Shown here one piece after another: positions 49,196-60,246 of a stretch of 64,000 nucleotides of DNA. Positions within the stretch are counted from its first letter, which is position 1; each line of letters starts with the position of its first letter. The position numbers and the translations under genes were made by a program. The DNA comes from an uncultured Gemmatimonadota bacterium (lineage in GTDB: Bacteria > Gemmatimonadota > Gemmatimonadetes > Gemmatimonadales > Gemmatimonadaceae), in assembly GCA_903910555.1 (NCBI GenBank), contig CAIVZZ010000018.1, positions 31,363 to 95,362 of the forward strand, written 5' to 3'. A model generated the notes under the pieces. It did no database searches and had not been told where the DNA came from. It saw only the letters and a program-made list of their open reading frames with translations.

Positions 49196-51498
49196 CTCCA
49201 ACTCCCCGCCCCGGCGATCCCACAATCACGCCGGCGCTTGTCGCCGAGCACGGGCTCACGCGGGACGAGTACGATCGATTGGTGAACATGCTGGGCCGCA
49301 CGCCGACCTTCACCGAACTCGGAATCGTCAGCGCGCTCTGGAGCGAACACTGCTCCTACAAGCATTCGCGTCCTCTGCTCAAGAAACTTCCGACCACGGC
49401 GCCGTATGTCCTGCAGGGGCCGGGCGAGAACGCAGGCGTGATCTCGATCGGCGATGGTCTTGCCGTCGCGTTCAAAATTGAATCGCACAACCATCCGTCT
49501 GCGGTCGAGCCATATCAGGGCGCTGCGACCGGAGTCGGCGGCATCCTGCGCGACGTCTTCACGATGGGCGCGCGGCCGATCGCGATGCTCAACTCGCTGC
49601 GGTTTGGATCGCTCGACAACGCGCGTGTGCGCTATCTCGTGGCCGGCGTCGTTCGTGGAATCGGCGACTATGGCAACTGTATGGGCGTTCCAACCATCGC
49701 CGGCGATGTAATGTTCGACGCCGCGTATGAGGGGAATCCACTGGTAAACGCGATGTGCGTTGGCATTCTGCGCGAGGATGAACTGATTCGCGCGAAGGCC
49801 GAGGGTATCGGGAACTCGATCATGGCCGTCGGCGCCCGCACCGGCCGTGATGGCATCCACGGTGCGTCCTTCGCGTCCGAAGACCTGTCTCACAACAGCG
49901 ACGCCAAGCGTCCGCGCGTTCAGGTCGGCGATCCGTTCACGGAAAAGTTGCTGCTCGAAGCGACGCTCGAACTGATTGCGTCAGGCCACTGCGTAGCCGT
50001 TCAGGACATGGGCGCCGCAGGTCTGACTTCATCGAGCGCCGAGATGGCAGAGCGCGGCGACGTCGGCGTAACGATCGATACGCTGAAGGTTCCCGTGCGC
50101 GAATCAGGGATGACGCCGTATGAGATTCTGCTGAGCGAATCGCAGGAGCGCATGTTGGTGGTGGTGATCAAGGGCCGCGAAGAGAAAGTTCGCGCGATCC
50201 TCGCGAAGTGGGACCTGACCGCCGAGGTGATCGGACAGGTAATTGCCGAACCGGTGTACCGCGTGACCGAGGGGAAAAAGGTCGTTGCAGAGTTTCCGGG
50301 AAACCGGCTCGTTACCGACTGCCCGCAATACCATCCGGCTGCCAAAGAGAGCGACGCGATTGTCGCCCTTCGCGCGCAGGATGTCCACGCGATCCCGTCG
50401 CTGCCGCTGGAACGGAATTCTGCGTGGACGCTCCGCCGCCTCCTTGAATCGCCGACGATCGCGAGCAAGCGCTGGCTCTATCGTCAGTATGACTCCACCG
50501 TGCGCACCAACACGGTGCTCGGCCCCGGCAGCGGCGACGCCGCCGTGCTGCGCATTCGCGGCACGAAGAAGGGGCTCGCGCTCAAGACGGACTGCAACGG
50601 ACGCTATGTCTATCTCGACCCGCGCGTCGGTGGACGCATTGCGGTTGCCGAGGCTGCACGCAACGTCGCGTGCGTTGGCGCGCGACCGATGGCAATCACC
50701 AACTGTCTCAATTTCGGCAACCCGACCCGCCCCGACATCTTCTTCCAGTTCCGCGAAGCACTCGCCGGAATGGGCGAAGCGTGTGTCGCGCTGGGCACGC
50801 CGGTCACGGGCGGAAATGTTTCGCTGTATAACGAGAGCCCGATCGGCGCCGTGTATCCCACGCCGACGATCGGCATGGTCGGGCTCCTTGAGGACGTCAC
50901 GAATGCAACAGGGATGACGTTTCGCGAAGCCGAAGACGAAATCATCCTCCTCGGCGAACCGACCGACGAACTGGGCGCCAGCGAATACCTCTCGTGGATT
51001 CACGGCGTCGTCGCGGGCGCGCCGCCTGCATGCGATCTCAAGCGCGAACGTGCGCTGATCGAGACGCTGCACGAGTCGATCAACAAGCGTCTGCTGCATT
51101 CAGCGCACGACTGCAGCGAAGGCGGATTTGCCGTCGCAATCGCCGAATGCTGCATTGGCGACCAGCTCAAGATGCGCGGCGCGATGGTCGACCTCACGGC
51201 ATGGAAAGCGATTCCTTCCCGCGCGCTGTTGTTTGGAGAGGCACAAGGCCGCGCGATTGTCTCCACGAGCGATTCTGCAGCAGTCCTTGCGATTGCGAAG
51301 AAGCACGGGATCCCGGCGCGCATGATCGGTCATGTGAAGCCGACCGGTGAAGGTCTCGTGATTGGGGTATCAGGTCACAGTATGCGCGCGCCGCTCTTGG
51401 ACCTCAGCTCCGCATATCACGATGCGATCCCCAAAGCGATGCAGCGCGCACCAGCCGAAGAAGTTTCTGCCGAACTTGCAACCGGAGCACCGTCCTGA
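49192..51498 (+). CDS. purL: FGAM synthase subunit PurL (small type)
   Basis: [29 protein letters not shown]. Confidence 0.96.
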   Translation: MTPTPRPGDPTITPALVAEHGLTRDEYDRLVNMLGRTPTFTELGIVSALWSEHCSYKHSRPLLKKLPTTAPYVLQGPGENAGVISIGDGLAVAFKIESHNHPSAVEPYQGAATGVGGILRDVFTMGARPIAMLNSLRFGSLDNARVRYLVAGVVRGIGDYGNCMGVPTIAGDVMFDAAYEGNPLVNAMCVGILREDELIRAKAEGIGNSIMAVGARTGRDGIHGASFASEDLSHNSDAKRPRVQVGDPFTEKLLLEATLELIASGHCVAVQDMGAAGLTSSSAEMAERGDVGVTIDTLKVPVRESGMTPYEILLSESQERMLVVVIKGREEKVRAILAKWDLTAEVIGQVIAEPVYRVTEGKKVVAEFPGNRLVTDCPQYHPAAKESDAIVALRAQDVHAIPSLPLERNSAWTLRRLLESPTIASKRWLYRQYDSTVRTNTVLGPGSGDAAVLRIRGTKKGLALKTDCNGRYVYLDPRVGGRIAVAEAARNVACVGARPMAITNCLNFGNPTRPDIFFQFREALAGMGEACVALGTPVTGGNVSLYNESPIGAVYPTPTIGMVGLLEDVTNATGMTFREAEDEIILLGEPTDELGASEYLSWIHGVVAGAPPACDLKRERALIETLHESINKRLLHSAHDCSEGGFAVAIAECCIGDQLKMRGAMVDLTAWKAIPSRALLFGEAQGRAIVSTSDSAAVLAIAKKHGIPARMIGHVKPTGEGLVIGVSGHSMRAPLLDLSSAYHDAIPKAMQRAPAEEVSAELATGAPS

Positions 51499-52871
51499 TG
51501 TGCGGCGTGTTTGGAGTGAGCGGGAATGCATCGGCGGCGGAGCTCGTCCACCTCGGGCTCTATTCGCTGCAGCACCGCGGACAAGAATCGGCGGGCATTG
51601 TCGCTGTGCGGGACGGCGAGGCGCACGGACTGCGCGCAATGGGACTCGTTGGCGAGAAGTTCGGGCCGGAAGCAATCCGGGGATTGCAGGGGTCGACGGC
51701 AATCGGCCACACGCGATATTCGACGGCCGGTTCATCGACGCTCGAAAATGCGCAGCCTGCCCTGGTGAACTTCAAGGGCGGTCATATTGCGCTCGCACAC
51801 AACGGCAATCTGGTGAACGCGACCGAAATCCGCGTTCAACTCGAAGCTGCGGGCTCGATCTTCAGCTCGACGATGGATTCCGAAGTCATCGTGCACCGTC
51901 TCGCGCGGTCGTCCGCGGTAAAGCCGGAAGACCAGCTCGCCGAAGCGCTGCAGGGCCTTGAGGGTGCGTATTCGCTGCTCGTGCTCATCAACGACACACT
52001 GCTTGCCGCGCGCGATCCCAACGGCTGGCGTCCGCTGGTCATGGGAAAGCTGGGTGACACGTACATCTTCGCATCCGAGACGTGCGCGCTCGATATCGTC
52101 GGAGCCACACTGGTGCGCGAAGTGCTGCCCGGCGAAATAATTGCGATCGACAAGAACGGCGAGATGCGCACCGTTCAGCTCGGCGCGGCACCGGTGCTGC
52201 ACCGCTGCGTATTCGAGCATGTGTACTTCGCGCGCCCCGATAGCAGCGTGTTCGGCGGATCGGTTGATCGTGCACGTCGCGCGCTCGGACGGCGTCTCGC
52301 GGTCGAGCATCCCGCGCCCGGTGCGGATCTCGTTTTTGCAGTTCCGGATTCGTCCAACGCAGCGGCGCTCGGATTCTCAGAGGAGAGCGGACTCGCGCTC
52401 GAGCATGCGCTGATTCGCAATCACTACGTCGGCCGCACGTTCATTCAGCCTACGCAGGCCGGCCGCGATGCGAAGGTGAAGGTGAAGTACAATCCCGTCA
52501 AAGAAATCTTGAAGGGGAAAAGCGTGGTGATGGTCGACGATTCGATCGTGCGCGGGACGACGACGAAAGGAATCGTCGCCCTCGTGCGCGCCGCGGGTGC
52601 GCGCGAAGTGCACATGCGGGTTTCATCACCGCCGATCACAGGCCCGTGCTGGTACGGCATCGACACGCCAGACAAGGCGCAGCTCATCGCCGCGAACATG
52701 GGGCTCAAGGAAATCGCAGATAAGATCGGTGTCGATTCCCTCGGCTACATCTCACTCGACGGAATGCTCGGCGCCGTTCCGAGCGGCCCGACCGGATTTT
52801 GCCATGCGTGTTTCTCCGGACAGTACCCTACACGAGCACCGAGTGTGATTTCGAAGAATCGTATGGGGTGA
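51498..52871 (+). CDS. purF: amidophosphoribosyltransferase
   Basis: N-terminal CG, QHRGQE, DDSIVRGTT; Fe-S-type Cys retained. Confidence 0.96.
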   Translation: MCGVFGVSGNASAAELVHLGLYSLQHRGQESAGIVAVRDGEAHGLRAMGLVGEKFGPEAIRGLQGSTAIGHTRYSTAGSSTLENAQPALVNFKGGHIALAHNGNLVNATEIRVQLEAAGSIFSSTMDSEVIVHRLARSSAVKPEDQLAEALQGLEGAYSLLVLINDTLLAARDPNGWRPLVMGKLGDTYIFASETCALDIVGATLVREVLPGEIIAIDKNGEMRTVQLGAAPVLHRCVFEHVYFARPDSSVFGGSVDRARRALGRRLAVEHPAPGADLVFAVPDSSNAAALGFSEESGLALEHALIRNHYVGRTFIQPTQAGRDAKVKVKYNPVKEILKGKSVVMVDDSIVRGTTTKGIVALVRAAGAREVHMRVSSPPITGPCWYGIDTPDKAQLIAANMGLKEIADKIGVDSLGYISLDGMLGAVPSGPTGFCHACFSGQYPTRAPSVISKNRMG

Positions 52872-54696
52872 CGGCGGCTGCTTCCTCGACGTGAATCGGA
52901 AATGAGAGCGTAAACGTCGCGCCGTCGTCGGGGAGACTGCAGACGCAGACCGTGCCGCCGATGCTCTCCATCATTGCCCGCACTGACGCCAGTCCGATGC
53001 CGGTGCCGTTCTTCGCTTTGGTCGTGAAGAACGTCTCGAAAATTGTTTCGTGAAGCTCAGGTGGTATTCCGGTTCCCGTGTCGGAAACTTCGACTAGGAG
53101 GCGGGGCGTCTCGTCGCTGTGTTCCTCTCGCACGCGCACCGTCACGTTGCCGCCGTCCGGCATCGCGTCGCGCGCATTCGAAACGAGATTTACCAGCGAC
53201 TGCTCGATGACGGTCGGCGGCACCAGCACGCGGCTGGACGAAACTTCCAGCAGCAGATGGAACCCGATCGTGCGCGGAAGAATCATCCGCAGAAAATCTT
53301 CCTGCGCTGCAACGGCGGCGCGCAACTCAACGAGCCTCGGCTCTACCGCGTCGGTTTCACCGCGCGCAAACATCATCAGCCGCTTGGTAAGCCGTCCGGA
53401 TTCGGTGGTGGCTTTTGAGATCTGGCCCAATAGTTCGGCGCGCGCCGGCTTTCCGGCTTCCCCCTCGCGCCGCAGCATCTCGACCGACAGCGAGGTCGTG
53501 AACAGAAGATTGTTGAGATCGTGTGCGAGCCCGGCGCCCAGCATCGCGAGCGTGTTGAGCCGCTCCGTTCGCAGCATCACCGACTGAAGTTTCTCCAGGC
53601 GCTGCGTGCGCTCTACAACACGGTGTTCGAGCGTGCGCTGCGTATCGTGGATCTGCGCGGCCATTGAATTGAACGCGACGGCGAGCTGCCCAAGTTCATC
53701 GGTCCTCGATGTGTCGGCAAGCTGACTAAAGTCGCCGGCGGCAATCGCGCTGGAAGCGTGAGTCAGCCGGTCCAGCGGCCGCGTAATTTCTTTGCTCACG
53801 GTCCACGCCACAACAAACCCGAGCCCCAACAGGACCAAGCCGATGAGCACGGCGCGTGTCACGAAGCGATCGGCCGCACCCATCAGAGTGGCCTTCGGCA
53901 GCTCGACGAGCACGGTCCACGGCGCACCTGCGATCGGGCGCGCGGTGCCGAGCACTTCGGTGCCGTCGGCGAGCGTATAATCCGCGATGTCTGTCGCGTG
54001 CCGCACGTCCGCAGGCGGCCCTGCCACAGTGCGAGCGAGATCGGTCCAAACCGTTCCGCTGTCGTTGCCAAGGAGCAGCGACGCGTTGGGGCCGATGAGG
54101 TGCAGCAATTGGTCACGGGCCTGCGGAGTCGACGCAATCCGGCGCCACTCCACGTAGTAGCCGATCGGCTTGCCACTGGCCATGACGGCACCGACGATCG
54201 GCAGCACGACGGTGTCGTTTTCGACACGCAGCCTGCCGACCGCTGTGTGGTGCGGGCCTGCCGATGCCACGTCAAATTCGAGCGTCGCGGGGCCATGTAA
54301 CGCCGTCACACCGGGGGCAGTAGTAAGCGCCAACTCACGCTTCGCGTTCCACAGCTCAACGGAGAGGCGCTGCGAGCTGGAGGCCGATGGCCTGCGCATG
54401 TAGGTCATCGCAGCAGCCTTGTTTCTCTCGCTCGGCGATTCGAGAAATCGCACGACGGCGTTGTCGGCCGCGGCAACGCGCAGAACGCTGTCGGTCTTCG
54501 TCGCCGATACCGCGAGGAGCTCCGCGATCTGATCGCTGACGCTGCGCAAGCGCTCGCGGCCTACAGCGAGAGAGGCGGTTCGTACGGATCCGTACGACGC
54601 GGCGGAATCGAGCGCGACGACGCCGAGAACGAGCCCACAGATGAGGAGTGGAAGTTTCTGCTTAAGCGAGAGGCGACGGGGGGGCGTCGGCGACAT
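52828..54696 (-). CDS. membrane sensor histidine kinase with HAMP domain
   Basis: DELGQLAVAFN, AHDLNNLL, NARDA, DTGTGI, GTGIGL. Confidence 0.9.
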   Translation of the reverse strand: MSPTPPRRLSLKQKLPLLICGLVLGVVALDSAASYGSVRTASLAVGRERLRSVSDQIAELLAVSATKTDSVLRVAAADNAVVRFLESPSERNKAAAMTYMRRPSASSSQRLSVELWNAKRELALTTAPGVTALHGPATLEFDVASAGPHHTAVGRLRVENDTVVLPIVGAVMASGKPIGYYVEWRRIASTPQARDQLLHLIGPNASLLLGNDSGTVWTDLARTVAGPPADVRHATDIADYTLADGTEVLGTARPIAGAPWTVLVELPKATLMGAADRFVTRAVLIGLVLLGLGFVVAWTVSKEITRPLDRLTHASSAIAAGDFSQLADTSRTDELGQLAVAFNSMAAQIHDTQRTLEHRVVERTQRLEKLQSVMLRTERLNTLAMLGAGLAHDLNNLLFTTSLSVEMLRREGEAGKPARAELLGQISKATTESGRLTKRLMMFARGETDAVEPRLVELRAAVAAQEDFLRMILPRTIGFHLLLEVSSSRVLVPPTVIEQSLVNLVSNARDAMPDGGNVTVRVREEHSDETPRLLVEVSDTGTGIPPELHETIFETFFTTKAKNGTGIGLASVRAMMESIGGTVCVCSLPDDGATFTLSFPIHVEEAAAVTPYDSSKSHSVLV

Positions 54697-54971
54697 GGCA
54701 CGCGGTCGGCAGGTTGAACTGCGAAATCCCGTCGGCGGGCCATCGTTCCCGGCACTTCTTCCTCTGACAAATAGGTTACATCTGACCTACATCTGCAATA
54801 CTGCATGAAAAGAAAAACGACGCCAGTTGTTCCGCGCTATCCTTTGTGATCAAGATCACACCGTGCTAGCGGGATGACGATCGGATGACAGCTGACAAAT
54901 GAACAGCTGCGCGCGCTCATACGTTTAGCTCCGAAGAAGCCGTCACCCACCGGAAACAGGAGATTCATCAC

Positions 54972-57900
54972 GTGCGCAGCGCCCCTCGCTCCGCCGCATT
55001 CGCCGCGTTGTTTGTTCTGTGCGCATTCGAACCGCTCCGCGCGCAGTCGCCGTTCGATTCGCTGCACTTTCGCTCGATCGGCCCCGCCGCAACGGGCGGC
55101 CGTATCCACGATTTGCAGATCGATCCGAGGAATCCGGCGATCCTATATGTGGGCGCCGCAAGCGGCGGAATATTCAAGAGCACCAACAACGGCGTCACGT
55201 GGCGCGACATTTTCGGCGACCAGCCCGACAACACATTCGGGTCGCTCGCGATTTTCGCCGGCAACTCGAGCATTATTTGGGCCGGCACCGGCGAGAACAA
55301 CAACCGGCAGAGTTCGTCGTGGGGTGGCGGCGTGTATCGCTCGACGGACGCGGGCGAACACTGGAGCTACCTCGGACTGCACGACACGCGCTCCATTGGA
55401 CGCGTCGTCCTCCACCCCACGAATCCGAACGTCGCGTATATCGCCGCAGTCGGAAATCTTTGGCGCGGGAATCCCGAGCGCGGCGTGTTCAAGACGACTG
55501 ACGGCGGGAAATCGTGGTCGAAAATTCTGTATGTGGACACACTCACGGGCGCGACGGATCTCGTGATGGATCCGCGCGACCCGAACGTGCTCTATGCGGC
55601 GATGTATCAGCGTCTTCGAAAAGCGTGGGGCTTCGACGGCGGCGGCCCGGGCAGCGCCATCTACAAGACGACAGACGGCGGCGCGACGTGGAAGAAGCTT
55701 GAGAACGGCATCCCCGCGGGAGACAAAGGCCGCATCGGGTTGGCGCTCGCGCTCTCGAAGCCCGACGTGCTGATCGCGACGATCGAGCACGCGATCCAGG
55801 GCGGCACCTACCGCACCGAAGACGCGGGCGCGACGTGGAAGCGCATGAGCGCGACAAATCCGCGGCCGATGTATTACAGCAAGCCGACGATCGACCCAAA
55901 CAACGACAAGCGGATCTGGCTGCCGGGCACGTACATCGTAAAGAGCGAAGACGGCGGCGCCACGTTCGAAGAAGAGCCGACCTCTCCCACCTACGACGTC
56001 GGCCTCAAGACCGACCATCACGTAATCCGCGTCGACCCCGCCAACTCCGCGCACATTTATGTCGTTGGCGATGGCGGCCTGCACGAAAGTTTCGACATGG
56101 GCAAGACGTACATCCGTGTCAACAATATTCCGGTCGGGCAGATCTATCGCATCGCAGTGGACAATCGCGACCCGTACTGGATCTACGCCGGATTTCAGGA
56201 CAATCACTCGTGGGGCGGCCCGAGCGCGACGCGTCACTGGCTCGGCATTCTCAATCAGGATTGGGTCGAGATCGGCTTCAGCGACGGCACGGGCAAAGCC
56301 GTCGATCTCACCAACTGGCGCAAAGTGTATTCGTCGTCAAGCGGAGGAAATCTCTCGCTTGTCGATCCGGTCACCGGCGACGTACAGCCGCTGAATCCGC
56401 GCCCGCCCGCCGGTGAGCCGCCGTACCGCTATGCGTGGGACGCGCCGGTGATGGCGTCGCAGCACACTTCGGGCACGGTGTATCTCGGCGCGAATCGACT
56501 GTTGACGTCGCACGACTTTGGCTCCACGTGGACCCGCAGCAATGATCTCACGCGCTCGATCAATCGCGACACGCTCATGATGATGGGCATTTTGAACAGC
56601 GCGATTCGCCTTTCGCGAAACGATGGCGACGGCGTCAGCCAGATTTCGAACTTCGCGGAGTCCCCGATAGACGCGAAGATTCTCTGGGTCGGCACAGACG
56701 ATGGCAACGTGCAGCTCAGCGTTGATGGCGGTCTCACGTTTGCCGAGCTGAGCAAGAACATTCACGGCGTGCGTGACGGTGCGTTCGTCGGCAAGATCGT
56801 CGCGTCGGCCGCATCGCGCGGCACGGCGTATGTGACGTTCGATGAACACCGTGACGGTGATTTTGCCCCGTACATCATGCGCACGACCGATTTTGGAAAA
56901 ACCTGGAAGGCGGTCGTCGACGGCCTTCCCGCTGACGACGCATCGGTGCGCAGCATTGCGGAATATCCGGGGCACGCAAACGTGCTGTTCGCTGGCACGG
57001 AACGCGCGATGTACGTCACACTCGACAGCGGCGCCCACTGGAACAAACTCAAGGCGAACCTGCCGACCACACGGTACGACGACATCGTGATCCATCCGCG
57101 CACAAAAGATCTCGTGCTCGGAACGCACGGCCGGAGCATTTGGATTCTCGACGATGCCTCGCCGATTGCGAACTGGACTCCCGCCGTCGCCGCGGCAAAA
57201 GCGCATTTGTTCAGCGTGCCGCGCGCGACGATCCTGTTGTACTGGGAAGATGTCTCGAATATGAACCACTACTTCTACACGGCGGAGAACCCGGCAGAGG
57301 GGGCGACGTTCACCTATTCGCTCGGTGCACCCGCGCAGAAAGTGCGGCTGATCGTGAGCAGCATCGGTCCCACGGGCCGCGTGATCAAGGAGATCAATGG
57401 CCCCGCTGCGACCGGGGTGATCAATCGCGTGAACTGGGACCTTCGCTTTCCGCTGCCGCCGGGAATGGGTGGACGTGGCGGCGGTGGCGGCGACGAGGGC
57501 GGCGGCGGCGGCGGTCCCGGCAGTCAAAAGGCTGGCGTGATTCAACTGCCGATTCCTGCGCACGACATAGCACAACGCGGCATCTTCGTCGCGCCCGGTA
57601 CGTTCAAGGTGGCGCTCGAAGTCGACGGTGCGGTCGTCGAATCGAAGACGTTTGAAGTCCGTGGCGATCCTGCGTCGAGCGTCACACTCGCACAGCAAAA
57701 GTCACGGGAGGCGTTTGCGATCGAAGTGTCCGATCTGCTCGTGAAGATCGAAAAGTTGAACGCCGATATCAGCGCGAGGAAAGCGGCCGCGACCGGTGAT
57801 CCCGCCGACAAGTTTACGGCATTGCAGACGCGCCTCGTCGGCGGTGCAGGCGGCGGGCGCGGACGAGGCGGCGGTGGCGGCGGACGCGGGGGCGGACCCC

Positions 57901-58061
57901 AGCCCGTCCGTCAGCAGCTCACCGGAATCGTCAGTGCGATGACGATCTCGGGGTCGCAGACGGGCACGGTCAGTCCGCCCACCGGTACGTTGCGGGCTGT
58001 GCTCGCGGCGGCGAAAATAGAACTTGCCGCCATCGAGAAGGAGCTGAAGGCGCTCAAGTAA
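54972..58061 (+). CDS. secreted BNR/VPS10-like beta-propeller glycosyl-hydrolase-like protein
   Basis: RSIGPA..GGRI start, many S/TxDxGxTW Asp-boxes, GTHGRSIWILDD. Confidence 0.85.
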   Translation: MRSAPRSAAFAALFVLCAFEPLRAQSPFDSLHFRSIGPAATGGRIHDLQIDPRNPAILYVGAASGGIFKSTNNGVTWRDIFGDQPDNTFGSLAIFAGNSSIIWAGTGENNNRQSSSWGGGVYRSTDAGEHWSYLGLHDTRSIGRVVLHPTNPNVAYIAAVGNLWRGNPERGVFKTTDGGKSWSKILYVDTLTGATDLVMDPRDPNVLYAAMYQRLRKAWGFDGGGPGSAIYKTTDGGATWKKLENGIPAGDKGRIGLALALSKPDVLIATIEHAIQGGTYRTEDAGATWKRMSATNPRPMYYSKPTIDPNNDKRIWLPGTYIVKSEDGGATFEEEPTSPTYDVGLKTDHHVIRVDPANSAHIYVVGDGGLHESFDMGKTYIRVNNIPVGQIYRIAVDNRDPYWIYAGFQDNHSWGGPSATRHWLGILNQDWVEIGFSDGTGKAVDLTNWRKVYSSSSGGNLSLVDPVTGDVQPLNPRPPAGEPPYRYAWDAPVMASQHTSGTVYLGANRLLTSHDFGSTWTRSNDLTRSINRDTLMMMGILNSAIRLSRNDGDGVSQISNFAESPIDAKILWVGTDDGNVQLSVDGGLTFAELSKNIHGVRDGAFVGKIVASAASRGTAYVTFDEHRDGDFAPYIMRTTDFGKTWKAVVDGLPADDASVRSIAEYPGHANVLFAGTERAMYVTLDSGAHWNKLKANLPTTRYDDIVIHPRTKDLVLGTHGRSIWILDDASPIANWTPAVAAAKAHLFSVPRATILLYWEDVSNMNHYFYTAENPAEGATFTYSLGAPAQKVRLIVSSIGPTGRVIKEINGPAATGVINRVNWDLRFPLPPGMGGRGGGGGDEGGGGGGPGSQKAGVIQLPIPAHDIAQRGIFVAPGTFKVALEVDGAVVESKTFEVRGDPASSVTLAQQKSREAFAIEVSDLLVKIEKLNADISARKAAATGDPADKFTALQTRLVGGAGGGRGRGGGGGGRGGGPQPVRQQLTGIVSAMTISGSQTGTVSPPTGTLRAVLAAAKIELAAIEKELKALK

Positions 58062-58087
58062 GAGTCGGCGGGGAAAAATCGGCTGAA

Positions 58088-58137
58088 AACGGAAACGGCG
58101 GCTCACTGCGCGATTGCAGTGATCCGCCGTTTCCGTT
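58088..58137. terminator. hairpin between convergent CDS and ssrA
   Basis: Stem 58088-58109 / 58116-58137 with one mismatch. Confidence 0.7.
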
Positions 58138-58155
58138 CTGCCGTCTCGAAAAACG

Positions 58156-58514
58156 TGGAGGCGGGGAGATTCGAACTCCCGTCTTGCATAAGATCTTCCG
58201 CAGCGTCTACGTGCGTATCCCGGCGATTGATGTTTCCAACGGCTGGCCGCCAGGCCGCCCACCGCTGGATGAGCCTTCTAGATTTTCGCGAGACGACGGA
58301 AGGCGCACCGCCCCGCTAGCCCAGATTTGCGTTACGTGAGGATCGCCCCGGGCGGGCTACCGTTCACGCACTGCTACGGTAAAGCCGAAGCTTTACGCAG
58401 CGAGAGCGAAGTTTGAGTTCGCAGTTGAGAATTTCCCGAGTGTTTTACGAGGAGCCCGAGTACCTCGGCACGCTGCTACGGGGCCACTCACACAATCGAT
58501 ACCAGGTCGCCCCC
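58156..58514 (-). ncRNA. ssrA: tmRNA; tag peptide ANSNFALAA at 58393-58422
   Basis: 5' GGGGGCG pairs with 3' CGCCTCCA; T-arm GGGAGTTCGAATCTCCC; tag ends ALAA-stop; TG-extended TATATT at 58539-58547. Confidence 0.95.
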
Positions 58515-58584
58515 TCTATCGGTGTAACTACGCTCTTTAATATAACACGCTTGTGGGTCGAAGTGTGCCCGCGGATCGCACTCC

Positions 58585-60246
58585 TCACCCCTCACTCGTC
58601 CTCACGCAGTTCCGCCCCGCCCCCTTCGCCTTGTACAGCGCGCCATCGGCGGCCGCGAACAACTGGCCACGCTTCACCGCCCCGCCGCCGGCATCATATA
58701 TCGCGACGCCAAAACTCGACGTCACATTGATATTGCGGTCGGGCAGCCGCACCGTCTTCCCCTCGATGCTCGCGCGAAGTCGCTCCGCAAGTTCCATCGC
58801 GCCCTGTTGGCCCGTCTGCGGCAGAATCACCGCAAACTCTTCGCCGCCGACGCGTGCGCCGCAGTCGGTGGTCCGCAGCTCAGCCTTGATCGCCTGCCCG
58901 ACTGTCTCGAGTACCCGGTCACCAGAGGCATGTCCGTACTCGTCGTTCACTCGCTTGAAATGATCGACGTCCGCAATCACTAATGCGCACGAGCCGCCAA
59001 ACCGGTCGGTTTGATCGAGCATGAATTTCAGCTGATCGTCGAACTCGCGCCGATTTCCGAGTCCGGTGAGCTGGTCGACGCGCGCGCTGCGCCCCGCTTT
59101 CTCGATCCCCCACGCAGCTTCGAGCGCTGAACCGGCGAGATGTGCAAACAGCCCGACGCTGCGCAGATCGCTCTCGCGCAAGGCGCGGGGATCATTCGAC
59201 CCGAGCACGATCGCTCCGATAATCTCTTTCGCCCGAGCCATCGGAAGAATGGCAATTGCACCCGCGTCCGGCGCGTGCAGACCCGGCCCGTACAGCGTGG
59301 TCTTTGTCGCGCGACGCGTCTCGTTCTCCCAGCGAAGCGGAGTGCGCATCGCGCACACATCACCCACCATCGAAGACTCCGAGACCGCGCTGCCGACCGC
59401 CGTCTGCGAATCCGGATACATCCCTGACACATAGCGAACCGTACCGGCGCGCTCGACGGAGTTCCATTGAACGAGCGCGGCGAACGTCGCGTCGGTCGCT
59501 TCAAGCATCGCGTCCGAGATATGCCTTTCGAGGCTCCGTTTTTCCGTCGATGGGTCGAGCTCGCGCACTCGCCGCACGAGAAAACGCATTTTCTTATTTG
59601 CCTTCGCGCTTTCATTCCGGGTGACCTGAAGATTGATCGCCTGCGCGAGCCGCTCGGCGTGGCGCGGAAGCCAAAGCTTGAGCTCGCCGCGAATCGACCT
59701 GATCCCTCCCGCTGCCGTTGCGACGAGCGCACCTTCGACTTCACCCGGCGTTCCCATCCCTCCGACGGCCTCCAACGGGACGCGCGCCGCCACGAAACGC
59801 GGCTGCCCTTCGGTGGCATCGAAATTCACGATGCCTTGCGCTGCAGCCCAGGCGATCAGCGCCCTGTCTTGCGAGATATCGGCGGGCGGTGCCCCTGGAT
59901 GATTCCACGCTATGGGGACGAAGTCAGTGCGCGCGTCGCGTCGCACCCAAAACACCACATCATCGGCTCCGTGCTGCGCGAAGATATCGCCCAAATAACC
60001 ACGCAGGTCGTCAGCGAGTTCACGCGCGCGCAGCTCCGCGCTTTCACTCGGATCCGCTGGCTCGCGGATCGATCCGAACTCCGATGCACGCTGTGCGCGT
60101 CCCAATGGACCGCCCTCCCCCAACGTCTCATACGGCACGCCGCGCGGAAGGTCTATCGGATGACTCTGCTGCCAGCGCACGCGCCAGTATCTCGCGACGA
60201 GTGCGAAAATCGCGCCGGCGACGAACGCCGCCAAGGTCTTGATCAC
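58585..60246 (-). CDS. membrane-anchored GAF-GGDEF diguanylate cyclase
   Basis: DQLTGLGNRR, DHFKRVND, RTTD I-site, GGEEF; GTG start overlapping larB stop. Confidence 0.9.
   Translation of the reverse strand: MIKTLAAFVAGAIFALVARYWRVRWQQSHPIDLPRGVPYETLGEGGPLGRAQRASEFGSIREPADPSESAELRARELADDLRGYLGDIFAQHGADDVVFWVRRDARTDFVPIAWNHPGAPPADISQDRALIAWAAAQGIVNFDATEGQPRFVAARVPLEAVGGMGTPGEVEGALVATAAGGIRSIRGELKLWLPRHAERLAQAINLQVTRNESAKANKKMRFLVRRVRELDPSTEKRSLERHISDAMLEATDATFAALVQWNSVERAGTVRYVSGMYPDSQTAVGSAVSESSMVGDVCAMRTPLRWENETRRATKTTLYGPGLHAPDAGAIAILPMARAKEIIGAIVLGSNDPRALRESDLRSVGLFAHLAGSALEAAWGIEKAGRSARVDQLTGLGNRREFDDQLKFMLDQTDRFGGSCALVIADVDHFKRVNDEYGHASGDRVLETVGQAIKAELRTTDCGARVGGEEFAVILPQTGQQGAMELAERLRASIEGKTVRLPDRNINVTSSFGVAIYDAGGGAVKRGQLFAAADGALYKAKGAGRNCVRTSEG

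Noticed and set aside
52828..58155. Island integrated at the ssrA 3' end
   Set aside because: No integrase and no duplicated ssrA 3' end noticed
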